A stretch of 64,000 nucleotides of DNA from Bacteriovoracaceae bacterium (GCA_947377285.1 CANCFT010000013.1:8571-72570), one strand, 5' to 3'; counted from the first letter of the stretch, positions 1-9,816 are shown. The notes: generated from the sequence alone by a model not told the origin. Numbers and translations are program-made.

Positions 1-1000
1 ATTGCTTTTTAATCGCCAATTGATAAAGCTCAAGGGCCTTTGATCTGCCAATCATGCTTGAAACAAGCATTAACAAGGAAGATTTCGGGAGGTGAAAGTT
101 GGTTACAAGACCATCTACACTTTGAACTTCTATACCTGGGTGGAGAAAAATTTGAGTCTTATAAATGGTATTTGGCTCTAAATTTTTTTGAAAACTAGAT
201 TCTAAAACTCTTAAACTAGTCGTGCCAACGGCAATAATTTTTCTCTTTTGAAGACGAGCTTGTTGAATTAAATCATTATTTATTTGGTCAAAAAAATAAT
301 TCTCAGAGTGCATTTGATGATCTTTTATATGTGTTGTTGTAACAGGTTTAAATGTCCCAATCCCCACATGTAAAGTGACAAAGGCTGAATCTATCTGGGA
401 CTTCGTTAATTGATCCCGCAAATCATTTTTAAAATGAAGCCCAGCTGTTGGAGCGGCAACAGAACCAACTTCCTTGGCAAAACTAGTTTGATAATTTAAC
501 CGATCTAATTCATCACTTTCACCATTTCTAATATAGGGTGGTATTGGAATTAAAGCGTGAAGTTCGAGAAAATGAAGGATATCTTCACAATTAAAACTTA
601 CGCCAAATGTTCCATTCTCGTTAATGGATTTTAAAGTGGCCACAAGATCAGGAGCAAAAAAGTATTGATCTCCTATTTTTTTTTTAGAAGTTGTTTTAAT
701 TAACGCTGGATAAATGCCATCCAATGCTTCAGTTGAAAGAAGAAATAATTCTGCCTTACCTCCACTTTTTTTTGTCCCTAAAAGCCTTGAAGGGAAAACT
801 TTTGTGCGATTAAAGACTAAAAGTGTTTTTGGTTCAAGATAAGTGCTTATATTTTTAAAATAATCATGAATAACTTCGTTTGTAGAAGCATTATAAACAA
901 GAAGCCTGGATTCAACACTGGGTCTTTGAGCTATTAAATGATCTGGTAAATCAAAATCATAAGAAGAAAGAAGCAAGTCGTCAGGATTAAAGTCATTCAT
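1..1000 (-). CDS. queA: S-adenosylmethionine:tRNA ribosyltransferase-isomerase (3' end runs off the window)
   Basis: Absent from the ORF track because it runs off the window edge. Reverse-strand translation from ATG 1000-998 gives MNDFNPDDLLLSSYDFDLPDHLIAQRPSVESRLLVYN. Near position 1 it reads SVDGLVTNFHLPKSSLLMLVSSMIGRSKALELYQLAIKKQ. These match the QueA N- and C-terminal signatures, and there is no stop before position 1. Confidence 0.85.
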   Translation of the reverse strand, partial: MNDFNPDDLLLSSYDFDLPDHLIAQRPSVESRLLVYNASTNEVIHDYFKNISTYLEPKTLLVFNRTKVFPSRLLGTKKSGGKAELFLLSTEALDGIYPALIKTTSKKKIGDQYFFAPDLVATLKSINENGTFGVSFNCEDILHFLELHALIPIPPYIRNGESDELDRLNYQTSFAKEVGSVAAPTAGLHFKNDLRDQLTKSQIDSAFVTLHVGIGTFKPVTTTHIKDHQMHSENYFFDQINNDLIQQARLQKRKIIAVGTTSLRVLESSFQKNLEPNTIYKTQIFLHPGIEVQSVDGLVTNFHLPKSSLLMLVSSMIGRSKALELYQLAIKKQ

Positions 1001-1070
1001 TGTCCATATTTATCATGAAGCCACGGTATTGGCCCTTTTAAAAAAAGGGAATATGTGAAAAAATTAACCC

Positions 1071-1370
1071 ATGATTAGAAATAGTTTTTTCATTTTGTGG
1101 ACACTTTTTAGAATGTCTCTTTGTTTAGCAGCGCAATCAACTAATGATTTCGAAGCAGAGCTTCGCCTTTTGGAAAAAATGGAAATTAATGAAAAACTCA
1201 ACGAAGAAAAAGCAGAAGCCTTAGTCCAACAAATTCCAAAAAGTGTTGCGCCACAAAATCAACTACCAGACCTCTATGTTGACTCAGTAAATACTCAAAA
1301 TTCTTCAACTGTAACTCCACTCATCATTGAAAGCCCACCCAAAAAAACGAGACGAGTCCCATCACGGTAA
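1071..1370 (+). CDS. hypothetical small secreted protein
   Basis: 99-aa ORF with a hydrophobic N-terminus (FFILWTLFRMSLCLAAQS), lying 18 nt upstream of the next gene on the same strand. No recognisable family. Confidence 0.35.
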   Translation: MIRNSFFILWTLFRMSLCLAAQSTNDFEAELRLLEKMEINEKLNEEKAEALVQQIPKSVAPQNQLPDLYVDSVNTQNSSTVTPLIIESPPKKTRRVPSR

Positions 1371-1388
1371 TTTAAACAAGCAATCATT

Positions 1389-2660
1389 ATGAAAAAAAGA
1401 CTAATTTCTCAATTCAATATCTCGATACTTTTATTTTTTTCTTTATTCGTTATTAGTACAAATACTTTTGCTCAAATCATTAGTTTTGCAAAATTCACGA
1501 TTGGTGAATCGAGAATAAAAGCAGATCTAAACGATTTTGAAATTCACACAACACATCCTGAAATTAAAGTTGTTTGGGTTGATAAAACTGTTCAATGGAT
1601 ACGAAATGAAAATAATTTACTTACCCCAAGGGCCATTTTAAGAGTCATTATTAATAAAAAAGTAGGTCTTCCCCATATAGAACTGCATAATTCAATCATC
1701 ATCCCCGTCCAAAAAAAGAATTTCACAGTTGCCGACATTTATATCGATTTATTTAATCCTGAAGTCGTTTCAATTTTTTCCGGAAAAGACTTACTTGATA
1801 AAATTACGATTGAAGCCAAAACAACGAGCCTAGCTCATTCAAAACAACTGATCGATTACTCATGTTCACCTTACAATTTAAAAATTGAAGGCATCGACAA
1901 TGAGTACATCTCTATCGGTTGTAAAATGCAAAGGGTTGGAAAATATGGCAGCGAAACACCTCGCTTGGAAATCACTTTAAATTCAACTAACCTCAGAACA
2001 CTTAATGGCTCAAAACCACCATTTACCATTTTCCTAGAAGACAACTCTCCGGTCGAACTTCAATTAAAAGGTCTGGATCAAAAAACTCAAATTCTGCATT
2101 TAGAAGCAACACTTCCAAAAAGATTAAATCGATTGAAAACTGCGATAGGGGCCGGTCCCTATATTTTTCAAAGTGATTACCAATCTGAAAAACAAATTAC
2201 CAAGCTTGCTCCATCAATAATGATTTATGGAAAATTGGATATCAACGAGACTTCTTCTTTCAAAGCTTTTGATGCCTTATTATATAACAAATCTTTTTTT
2301 AATAACTCAGGTCTTTATTTTTCTTATGACTTAGCAGAAGCATTTGATGGTAGAGTGCTCTTTCAAGCTTTATTAGGTTTTCAAGGACTTCATTATAAAT
2401 ATTCTTCTTCTACCCCCACAGTATTTAGATTGATTTATCCGCAGGGCTTTGAAGTTGTTTACAAACATATTTTTGTCGAAAATTATAATTTAATGTACGG
2501 AATGTTTCTTTCGACAAGTTCTGAAAGTTATACAAATGCCTGGCTTAGATATGGAAAAAGTAGTTTCTTAGAACTTAATTATATCGACTGGGGACAAGAA
2601 AAAAGTCATATCAAAATGCTTGGCCTCTCTATTGGGATTCCATTTATGGGTGGCTTTTAG
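1389..2660 (+). CDS. hypothetical secreted / outer-membrane beta-barrel-like protein
   Basis: Has a Sec signal (MKKRLISQFNISILLFFSLFVISTNTFAQ). The C-terminal half has alternating hydrophobicity and ends in ...GIPFMGGF, a terminal aromatic typical of OMPs. Confidence 0.6.
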   Translation: MKKRLISQFNISILLFFSLFVISTNTFAQIISFAKFTIGESRIKADLNDFEIHTTHPEIKVVWVDKTVQWIRNENNLLTPRAILRVIINKKVGLPHIELHNSIIIPVQKKNFTVADIYIDLFNPEVVSIFSGKDLLDKITIEAKTTSLAHSKQLIDYSCSPYNLKIEGIDNEYISIGCKMQRVGKYGSETPRLEITLNSTNLRTLNGSKPPFTIFLEDNSPVELQLKGLDQKTQILHLEATLPKRLNRLKTAIGAGPYIFQSDYQSEKQITKLAPSIMIYGKLDINETSSFKAFDALLYNKSFFNNSGLYFSYDLAEAFDGRVLFQALLGFQGLHYKYSSSTPTVFRLIYPQGFEVVYKHIFVENYNLMYGMFLSTSSESYTNAWLRYGKSSFLELNYIDWGQEKSHIKMLGLSIGIPFMGGF

Positions 2661-2664
2661 TCAA

Positions 2665-2943
2665 TTAGACTTTTTTCTTGGCAGTCATTTGTTGTATTTG
2701 AAAAATAATTTCGATCACTTTTTCAAAAATTTGATCAAGAATTTTTTTCACTTCAATAAACACTGCATACGTTTGAACTTCTAAGAGAATCATTTGCATA
2801 AATGATTCTAACAAGGGAATGATTTTATCAAGACCTGATTTTTTTAAAATTAATTCTAACAACCCACTGGCCTCTTCCACGTCCACTCCATTTTTTCTCA
2901 CGACATATAAAGGATTCTTTGATTGATTCTTAGGCTTGTTCAT
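2665..2943 (-). CDS. small ParA-partner candidate (92 aa, basic N-terminal tail)
   Basis: The track ORF is 2665-3021. The internal ATG at 2943 has a GAGGAG Shine-Dalgarno about 7 nt upstream and overlaps the parA 3' end by 14 nt. The product starts MNKPKNQSKNPLYVVRKNG and then becomes helical. Confidence 0.5.
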   Translation of the reverse strand: MNKPKNQSKNPLYVVRKNGVDVEEASGLLELILKKSGLDKIIPLLESFMQMILLEVQTYAVFIEVKKILDQIFEKVIEIIFQIQQMTAKKKV

Positions 2944-3745
2944 GAGACCACTCCTCGATTCTTTTAGCAACTCCACTAAATTTTTCCTGGAGGTCACTGA
3001 ATTCTTGGTTTTTAAATTCAAATACTGATTTTCTACTTGAAAGAGATTTTACGAGACCTGCTTTATTAAGAAAAGGTGAGAAGACTTTACCGGTGCCTAA
3101 TTCAAGGTCTATCGCCGAAATAATTTTGGACAGGTCATCACTTTCTTGCTTGCGGCGAAGATCTACTAAATTGGGAACATGCAGAAAGATTTCTGGGGCC
3201 TTAACAATACCCATATCTTTGATATCTTCTATCACTTGATAAAAATGCTCTAGTCCCTTAAGAGAAAAATCATCAGGTCTAAAAGGGACAATAACCCCAT
3301 CACTTGCACAAAGGGAATTAATGACGAGAAGACCTAATGTAGGTGGACAATCTATGATAATAAAATCATAGCGTTCATTTAATCCATGGGCCTCGATAAA
3401 CTTTTTTAAGACAAGTTGTCTTGGAGCATTGATTGAAGCCACGGTTAAATCAAAACCTGAGAGTTCTTGACCTCCAGGAATGAGATCAACATTAGCTTTA
3501 TGAATGACCTTACTAAGCATTGCTGGAATATGAAGTTGCTTTAATTCTTTTACTGAATTCACTAAGAGATGATAGAGATTTAATTCATTTTCTGCTTTAA
3601 ACAACAGAGTGAGATTGGCCTGAGGATCAAGATCAATGGCCAATACTTTATGTCCATTTTTAGCAAGAGCAAAGGCTGCATTAAAGGCCATGGTTGTTTT
3701 TCCAACGCCGCCTTTTTGATTAATAAAGCTAATGACTTTTCCCAT
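2930..3745 (-). CDS. ParA/Soj-family P-loop ATPase (small, no N-terminal HTH)
   Basis: Contains the deviant Walker A FINQKGGVGKTTMAFN, then LAIDLDPQANLT and IIIDCPPTLG motifs. Length is 271 aa. Confidence 0.85.
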   Translation of the reverse strand: MGKVISFINQKGGVGKTTMAFNAAFALAKNGHKVLAIDLDPQANLTLLFKAENELNLYHLLVNSVKELKQLHIPAMLSKVIHKANVDLIPGGQELSGFDLTVASINAPRQLVLKKFIEAHGLNERYDFIIIDCPPTLGLLVINSLCASDGVIVPFRPDDFSLKGLEHFYQVIEDIKDMGIVKAPEIFLHVPNLVDLRRKQESDDLSKIISAIDLELGTGKVFSPFLNKAGLVKSLSSRKSVFEFKNQEFSDLQEKFSGVAKRIEEWSHEQA

Positions 3746-3783
3746 TTTGATTCTCCAAAATATAAAAAACTAAAACAAAAAAC

Positions 3784-4128
3784 TTAAGATGAAATGCGGT
3801 CTTTAAAAATAAAAACAGCCGCTAAAACCAAACAAACACTAGCGTATAAAAAATTTCTGGTCAGAGGAACTTTCATATAAAAAATAGCAAATAATCCAAA
3901 AACGGACATCGTAATAATTTCTTGAATAACTTTTAATTGTGCAAGACTTAGGTAATGAATTCCTATTCTATTGGCCGGTACTTGGAAACAATATTCAAAA
4001 AAAGCAATTCCCCAGGAAACGAATATCACCACCCATATTTTTGAGTGTTGGTGAGTCTTTAAATGCCCATACCAAGCAAATGTCATAAAGAGGTTGGATA
4101 TTAAAAGAAGGCCTATTGTTTTAAACAT
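3784..4128 (-). CDS. DMT-superfamily small membrane protein (DUF486-like)
   Basis: 114 aa with 4 predicted TM segments. The N-terminal LLISNLFMTFAWYGHLK motif is characteristic of the DUF486/DMT family. Confidence 0.7.
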   Translation of the reverse strand: MFKTIGLLLISNLFMTFAWYGHLKTHQHSKIWVVIFVSWGIAFFEYCFQVPANRIGIHYLSLAQLKVIQEIITMSVFGLFAIFYMKVPLTRNFLYASVCLVLAAVFIFKDRISS

Positions 4129-4191
4129 GGATAAAGATTAGCCAAAGAATTCCATGAATTCAAATTTATTCAATTAAGATTTTAATAAGTT

Positions 4192-7100
4192 TTAATAAGA
4201 ATAAGTATGTCGACCAGTATCAGCCGGGAAGTTATCTTTATAAATTGGTAGATAACAACGGAAACCAACATCATCGCGAACATCTGCAGTCGGAATTAAT
4301 TCAGAAGAATATCGACCAGAGAGATTGCCAGATTGATATCCACCACCAACAGCTATTCCACCAGTACCTGAGACAGTTGTATTTGCTGAAGCTAGTGCTG
4401 AGTTTGCATCTGTAAGGGCGGTTGTTCCACTTGTTTGGGCCGTTAAAGTTAAGCCTTGAAGTGTTCCATCTGGGGCCAATAATGCCTGAGTACGAGCTGT
4501 CGTTGCATCAGTTCTCGCTGTTAACACTAAAGCTTGGGCCGTTGTGACTAAATTTTTAGTTTGAGCAACAAGGTCGCTTGTAGAGGTTTCAAATGGAAAA
4601 TTAGTAATTGCATTTTTAGAAAGTGTTGCCGACACAGAAGCCGTCACAACAGCATTATAGGCGGCCAAGGCAGAATTATCTGCAGTTAGTGCTGCTAGGT
4701 AAGCATTATTTTCAGGTGTTCCAGCAGCATATGAGCTGTCATATAAAACGGCTACGGCCCGAGCTAAACTTGCACTTGTGTTTGAGTGAAGTGTTGCCGC
4801 ATCTGTTTTTGTCGTATTAATTAATGTTTCAATAGAAGCGGCCACTACTCCATTGATTAAAGTTGTGAGTGCCCCGTTTACAATAATTCCGTCTTCGTGT
4901 AATTGACTATTAGTGATCCCAGAAGTAGGCCCAATATCTAAGAGATAAGGAATGGCATTTGATCCAGCAACAGCTGAAGTCCCGGTGCCAATATCAACAA
5001 ACATTGGCATTCCCATTGGAAAATTAAATTTTCCTGCACCATAAAGTTCATCTCTAAATATCCATTGAGTTAGAAATGAGTCCGTAGCACCGGTAGTTGA
5101 ATCTGCATTTGAATCGTTATAGGGACCAGTTAATAAATCAAAACCATAATGTTTAAAAGTAGAGTTAACTGTATCAAAATCATAATCACCTAATTCTGTT
5201 CCTGCATTAGTTGAACAAATATTAGTGGACGAATCACACGTCATTGACTCTTGAACCCACTCTGCTACGTTTCCATATACATCTTGGACTCCATACCGAG
5301 ACCGACATGACTCAGTAGAAGTATTACTTCCCCAAGGAATTGAGCCCGTATAAATAGAGCGAATTCCCGATGTGGCCGTTCCTGGAATTGAATATTGATA
5401 ACTAGTCGATGGAATTGGTGAATCAGAAAAGGCTCCATCTATTCCATTAGCACTTGAAGAATTACACCGCGATTGTATATTGAGTGAAAATCCTTGCTCT
5501 AAATCCGTAATGGTTGAATCTGACATTTTATAAGGAGCTGCTGCATAAGCAATATATTCTTTTTTAGTGGGAAGACTTAAATTCGCATCTGGAGCAACTG
5601 TCCCGGTTAAAGCGGTCGTTGCACTCCCAGGAGTTCTTGCCTGGCAAATTAACTTGGACCTATTTTGTGAAACATTTACTAAAGGAGGATTGAGGGCAGT
5701 ATTGACTGAAGTAAGTGCTCCAGCTGTTGAGGTATTAAAATTAGTCCAAGTTGCAACTCCAGCTGGCATTGCACTTACATAGAAACATGAGCCAGAACTT
5801 CGGTCATAATAGATATCATTAATTGCTAGGGACGTTCCTGTTGAACTTGGAGCACCAACCCCCACACAACCATTGGCAGTGCATTTAGGGGCCAATGAGT
5901 AAGGACAACCGGCCTCTGAAATATCTACTAACATATCTTTACCAATATCGTAGAAACCTGCTGCTGTTGCACCAGGACCTTTATAAGGACAGCGGTAATT
6001 ATTTGTTGGATCAACTCTTGAAGAGGCCGGAGTTGAAGTTGTAGTCATATGCATATTATTACAAATTTCTTGATTGACCATCCAGCGGTGTACAAAAGAG
6101 AAATTTTCAGTTGGTGCAAGAACTCTAATTTCGGAAAAAACTTCTGGCGTGTAAGTCGGTAAATGGTGTCTGCTATCAACAGGACGAACAAGATAATAAT
6201 AAACTTTACCCGCAATCGCAGTAGTATCCGTAAAAGTTGTGGTTGATGAAGTTGAAATTGTCATTGTATCTGTTGAAACTAATTTTAAAAAACCATTTTT
6301 AAAATCATAATCATAACCTTTTTCACGGCGGTAAACATTCCATCCTTCTATACTGACACCAATATCTCCACCAGAGCCTGTGATATTAAAAGAGTTCCAT
6401 GCAAGTGTAACTTTTGATGGAATATAAGGAGAATTCCAAGTAAAGACTCCAGGAGTCGGTTGAGTACTATAATAACAAGTACGAGTCGATGTATCTAAAT
6501 AGTATTGGCCAGTTGCAGACGCCGTAGGAATTGATTGTGCTGGTGAAAGTGTCGGATCATAAAGACAATTTTGTCCTCCACAAATAGAGGTAGCAACATT
6601 AGTCACACGGGTAATTGGACAAGAGCTTTTAATATCTATCCATGAAAATTTATCATTCCCCTGACTTCTATAACAACGCTTATTTGTTTTATCCCAATAA
6701 AGAACATTCACTGCGTCTGGAGTAATTGAACTATTTGGAGGAACATCACCGACGCAATCTTTTGTGGCGGTATCACATTTTTTCAGATCACTAGATTTGT
6801 TATAATTACATAGGACTTCACTATCGGCCGTTAGGTATCCGCTAGTATCAGTTTTTAAAGTTACAGGTGCACCATTCTTATCTGTTTTAATTCCCACTGC
6901 TGTAATATTGGCCCACCCCCCATGTAGAGCGGCCACTGGATTTACAATTAATGAAAAAGTTTTTGAAACAAAATGAGATGCAGCGACAGAAGCTATTCCA
7001 TCAAAAATGGTAACTGTAATATTTGAGTTTCCAGAAACACCGGCAACTGGATTTAATTTGAGATAAAATTTATGTGCTTTTACATCATCAGTCAGTGGTG

Positions 7101-9816
7101 CTGTTTCTAAAGTTTGTGAAGTTGGGGCAACTATTGAACTAGAACCAAATGTTCGCTCTTCTCCCGAATCAGCAACACCATTATCATTGAGATCATAAAA
7201 CACCGTAATGGCACTTACTGGTAAAACGGCCGTATTGTCGGAAGTTATATTGGCAATTTGAATCCCCTGATTATTTTCATCAAGAGTGCTCCCTTCATCT
7301 TCATCGACCTGGAAAGGACCTGCTATAACGGCCCCTCCTTCATTGGTCTGGACACTTGTAAAAGCAGGAGTAGACGCTGAAGTAATAAAATAAGGAGGAT
7401 CATCTACGGCTTGAATATTGAGTGGAATAGCAACTGTTGTTGTTATTGGTGCGGCCACTCCATGAGTCGTTCCGTTATCCGTTAATTTTAAATTAATAGC
7501 GGTTAGTCCAGATTGATTTTTCGCAGTTGTAAACGGCAACATATAAAAACCGGCCGTACAATTATTTCCAACCGCGGAAGGAGCTAGGATTGTCCCAAAG
7601 GTAATAATTAAATTCGAATCAGGAGTTGTGGCCAAAGTCATATCTTGAACTGCAGTGGCCGTTAATGTTTGAAGAATTGATTCATCTGTTCCACCACCAG
7701 CATTTTCTGTAAAACAAATATAAGTGCTACTCGCTGCGGCCGTAGAATTTTCAAAAAGGGGTAACGGATTAGTTAAAGGTGCAGTATAGGGAGTAGTAAT
7801 TCCCCCGGCAGTTGTAGAGGCAGCACCAATCGTAAGAATAGGAGCATCATTAACTTCCCAAATAGTCATATTGACGGCCTGAGATCCACTGGTTTTAGTG
7901 GCCGCAGAAAATCGATCTGTTGTTGTAATTGTATAAGAAAACTTGGCCGTGCCATTGAAATAGGTAATTGGTAAAACATCAACCGAGCAAATTCCTGTGA
8001 TAGAACAACTGCAAGTATTAAAGATAGGATTTAATCCACCATTTGGAGGTGTAATCAAATCAACTGTACAGGATACAGGTTTTACAGCTGGATCATTATC
8101 ACTATCAAAATAAGGAAGTATTATATTTTGAGTAATAGCTGTTCCTTCAGCTTCAGCAACTGCTGTGGCCGGAGTTAAAACCAGTGGTGAATAATCAATA
8201 GCATATTCAAAAGGAACTAAAGGAGCATGATCTGTATGATTGATTGAAAAAATAACGGATGTTGAATTTACTGAATCAGAAAAACCATTATTTACAGTAT
8301 AATTAATTGTGTCGAATGAATCGGTTCCATTGGCCAAAGTTATTTCACTTGGAACCAATGTATTCGTTGGATCAGGAAAAGTTGTCGTCGCACCACCGGT
8401 AGCGGCCACCAATGTTTTTGCTTTGCTATCCGAATTAATAAGATCTTTTATATCACTGGTGCTTGTAGAATTAACAACAAGAAAAATTTCAATCGTATTC
8501 CCAATGACTCTTATATAAGAATCTGGATAATAAGGTGACACTAAACCAAAGCTTTCGGCCCTCGTCGCCTGAGCATCAAAGCTTAAGTTATCATCGGTTA
8601 AATTATAATATTTAATTTTAAAACTATTCCCATAGGTACCAGGACTTTTTGCTGTAAAAGTTAAATCACCTAAAATGCCACTCGCGGCAACAGGAGTTGT
8701 CACACTATACTCATCTGCATTGAGTTGAGTATAAACACAACTTGTGTCTGTGGGGCCTGTTGAAAAAGCCAGGTCCATACAATGAGTTATTTTTCCTTTA
8801 GATGTGTATCCATAGACGAGTCCTGACTGAACAACTTTTGTCCCGCCAAAAGTATAATTAAAACTAGTTGTCCCAAAATAATCCCGGGCCACTGGCAAAT
8901 CAAAATTATTTGGCAAAGAAGCATGAGTAGAATTTTGTGTAAAAGAAATTGAACTAGACGCCACTGCAGGAGTAAGTGAGCTGGCACTTTTAGAAGTAGG
9001 TGCTATTGTGAGAGATACAACTCTCGGGTCTGATTCACCATCTTTATCTGTGACTGTGTAAGTAAAGCCCGAATTTCCACTTTGAATAATTCTTGGTGCG
9101 ATTACTGTTGTACATACTCCACCACTACAATCACAACGGTTATCAACAAAACTTTTGATCGGAGCAAATGCTAAATATTTTGTTTGAGCGCTATCAAAAT
9201 AAAATTTAATCGTTAAACTACTAGTTGAAATAGGTGTGGCCAGGGCAAAAATATTATCTAACGAGGCTTGAAAAAGCCCTAGTTGAGTGAGGATATTTGA
9301 ATAGGAATAACTAATTTTTGCCTTATCTAAAGCTGCTTTCATTAAAACAATTTCTGCAACTGCGAGTCCCTGTGATGGTGGAGGAAGTGAAATCGCTAAA
9401 TTGTTTGCGGCCGTATACATAAGGGCAGCAGAATTAAAAACACCTCGACTTACCACTTGTGGAGAAACTGCTTCAATATTTGCATTGACATCACTGACTT
9501 TACAATTCAAGGCCGAATTTCCATTGGCATCACTATAGGTAAGTGTAATTGTTTTTGCTATTTCTTGAGTCAATGAATCTGAAACTTTTAAACCAACTGG
9601 ACGAGTTCGAACTTCAGAAGAACTAATGCAACTTCGAGTAAGTGTATTAAAGACTTGATTAGCAGAACAGAATGCTTTTTTCTCAGTTGCTTTAGGCATG
9701 CATGAACTGATCACAAACGTAATCAATAAAATGATGTAAATTTTGACAAGCTTAACAATACTTATAATTCCCTCTCTCTTAGGCTTATCGAAATATCGAA
9801 GGGTTTCTTTAAACAT
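4192..9816 (-). CDS. giant surface lipoprotein with cadherin-like/Ig-like repeats, an FN3 module and a C-terminal SUMF1/FGE-sulfatase-like domain
   Basis: 1874-aa uninterrupted ORF with a good RBS (GAGAAGGATGAGAG before the ATG) and a lipobox (LITFVISSC). Repeat-boundary motifs VNDAPIL, AVDDPPYF and HTDHAPLVP are present. There is an FN3-like block (VTLAWNSF...GWNVYRRE...KVYYYLVRPVD). FGE-family motifs are LSLPTKKEYIAYAAAP, YGNVAEWVQE and DDVGFRCY. Confidence 0.85.
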   Translation of the reverse strand: MFKETLRYFDKPKREGIISIVKLVKIYIILLITFVISSCMPKATEKKAFCSANQVFNTLTRSCISSSEVRTRPVGLKVSDSLTQEIAKTITLTYSDANGNSALNCKVSDVNANIEAVSPQVVSRGVFNSAALMYTAANNLAISLPPPSQGLAVAEIVLMKAALDKAKISYSYSNILTQLGLFQASLDNIFALATPISTSSLTIKFYFDSAQTKYLAFAPIKSFVDNRCDCSGGVCTTVIAPRIIQSGNSGFTYTVTDKDGESDPRVVSLTIAPTSKSASSLTPAVASSSISFTQNSTHASLPNNFDLPVARDYFGTTSFNYTFGGTKVVQSGLVYGYTSKGKITHCMDLAFSTGPTDTSCVYTQLNADEYSVTTPVAASGILGDLTFTAKSPGTYGNSFKIKYYNLTDDNLSFDAQATRAESFGLVSPYYPDSYIRVIGNTIEIFLVVNSTSTSDIKDLINSDSKAKTLVAATGGATTTFPDPTNTLVPSEITLANGTDSFDTINYTVNNGFSDSVNSTSVIFSINHTDHAPLVPFEYAIDYSPLVLTPATAVAEAEGTAITQNIILPYFDSDNDPAVKPVSCTVDLITPPNGGLNPIFNTCSCSITGICSVDVLPITYFNGTAKFSYTITTTDRFSAATKTSGSQAVNMTIWEVNDAPILTIGAASTTAGGITTPYTAPLTNPLPLFENSTAAASSTYICFTENAGGGTDESILQTLTATAVQDMTLATTPDSNLIITFGTILAPSAVGNNCTAGFYMLPFTTAKNQSGLTAINLKLTDNGTTHGVAAPITTTVAIPLNIQAVDDPPYFITSASTPAFTSVQTNEGGAVIAGPFQVDEDEGSTLDENNQGIQIANITSDNTAVLPVSAITVFYDLNDNGVADSGEERTFGSSSIVAPTSQTLETAPLTDDVKAHKFYLKLNPVAGVSGNSNITVTIFDGIASVAASHFVSKTFSLIVNPVAALHGGWANITAVGIKTDKNGAPVTLKTDTSGYLTADSEVLCNYNKSSDLKKCDTATKDCVGDVPPNSSITPDAVNVLYWDKTNKRCYRSQGNDKFSWIDIKSSCPITRVTNVATSICGGQNCLYDPTLSPAQSIPTASATGQYYLDTSTRTCYYSTQPTPGVFTWNSPYIPSKVTLAWNSFNITGSGGDIGVSIEGWNVYRREKGYDYDFKNGFLKLVSTDTMTISTSSTTTFTDTTAIAGKVYYYLVRPVDSRHHLPTYTPEVFSEIRVLAPTENFSFVHRWMVNQEICNNMHMTTTSTPASSRVDPTNNYRCPYKGPGATAAGFYDIGKDMLVDISEAGCPYSLAPKCTANGCVGVGAPSSTGTSLAINDIYYDRSSGSCFYVSAMPAGVATWTNFNTSTAGALTSVNTALNPPLVNVSQNRSKLICQARTPGSATTALTGTVAPDANLSLPTKKEYIAYAAAPYKMSDSTITDLEQGFSLNIQSRCNSSSANGIDGAFSDSPIPSTSYQYSIPGTATSGIRSIYTGSIPWGSNTSTESCRSRYGVQDVYGNVAEWVQESMTCDSSTNICSTNAGTELGDYDFDTVNSTFKHYGFDLLTGPYNDSNADSTTGATDSFLTQWIFRDELYGAGKFNFPMGMPMFVDIGTGTSAVAGSNAIPYLLDIGPTSGITNSQLHEDGIIVNGALTTLINGVVAASIETLINTTKTDAATLHSNTSASLARAVAVLYDSSYAAGTPENNAYLAALTADNSALAAYNAVVTASVSATLSKNAITNFPFETSTSDLVAQTKNLVTTAQALVLTARTDATTARTQALLAPDGTLQGLTLTAQTSGTTALTDANSALASANTTVSGTGGIAVGGGYQSGNLSGRYSSELIPTADVRDDVGFRCYLPIYKDNFPADTGRHTYSY

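Noticed and set aside
2944-3021. The long form (118 aa) of the small ORF downstream of parA.
   Set aside because: It would overlap parA by 92 nt with no RBS. The ATG at 2943 has a strong GAGGAG Shine-Dalgarno, so the 92-aa form is preferred.
4623-8987. Short ORFs inside the giant lipoprotein gene: 4623-4820, 5567-5782 and 8309-8518 on the plus strand, and 8787-8987 on the minus strand in an alternative frame.
   Set aside because: They lie entirely within a long, motif-supported 1874-aa ORF, have no RBS and have odd composition. They are shadow ORFs.
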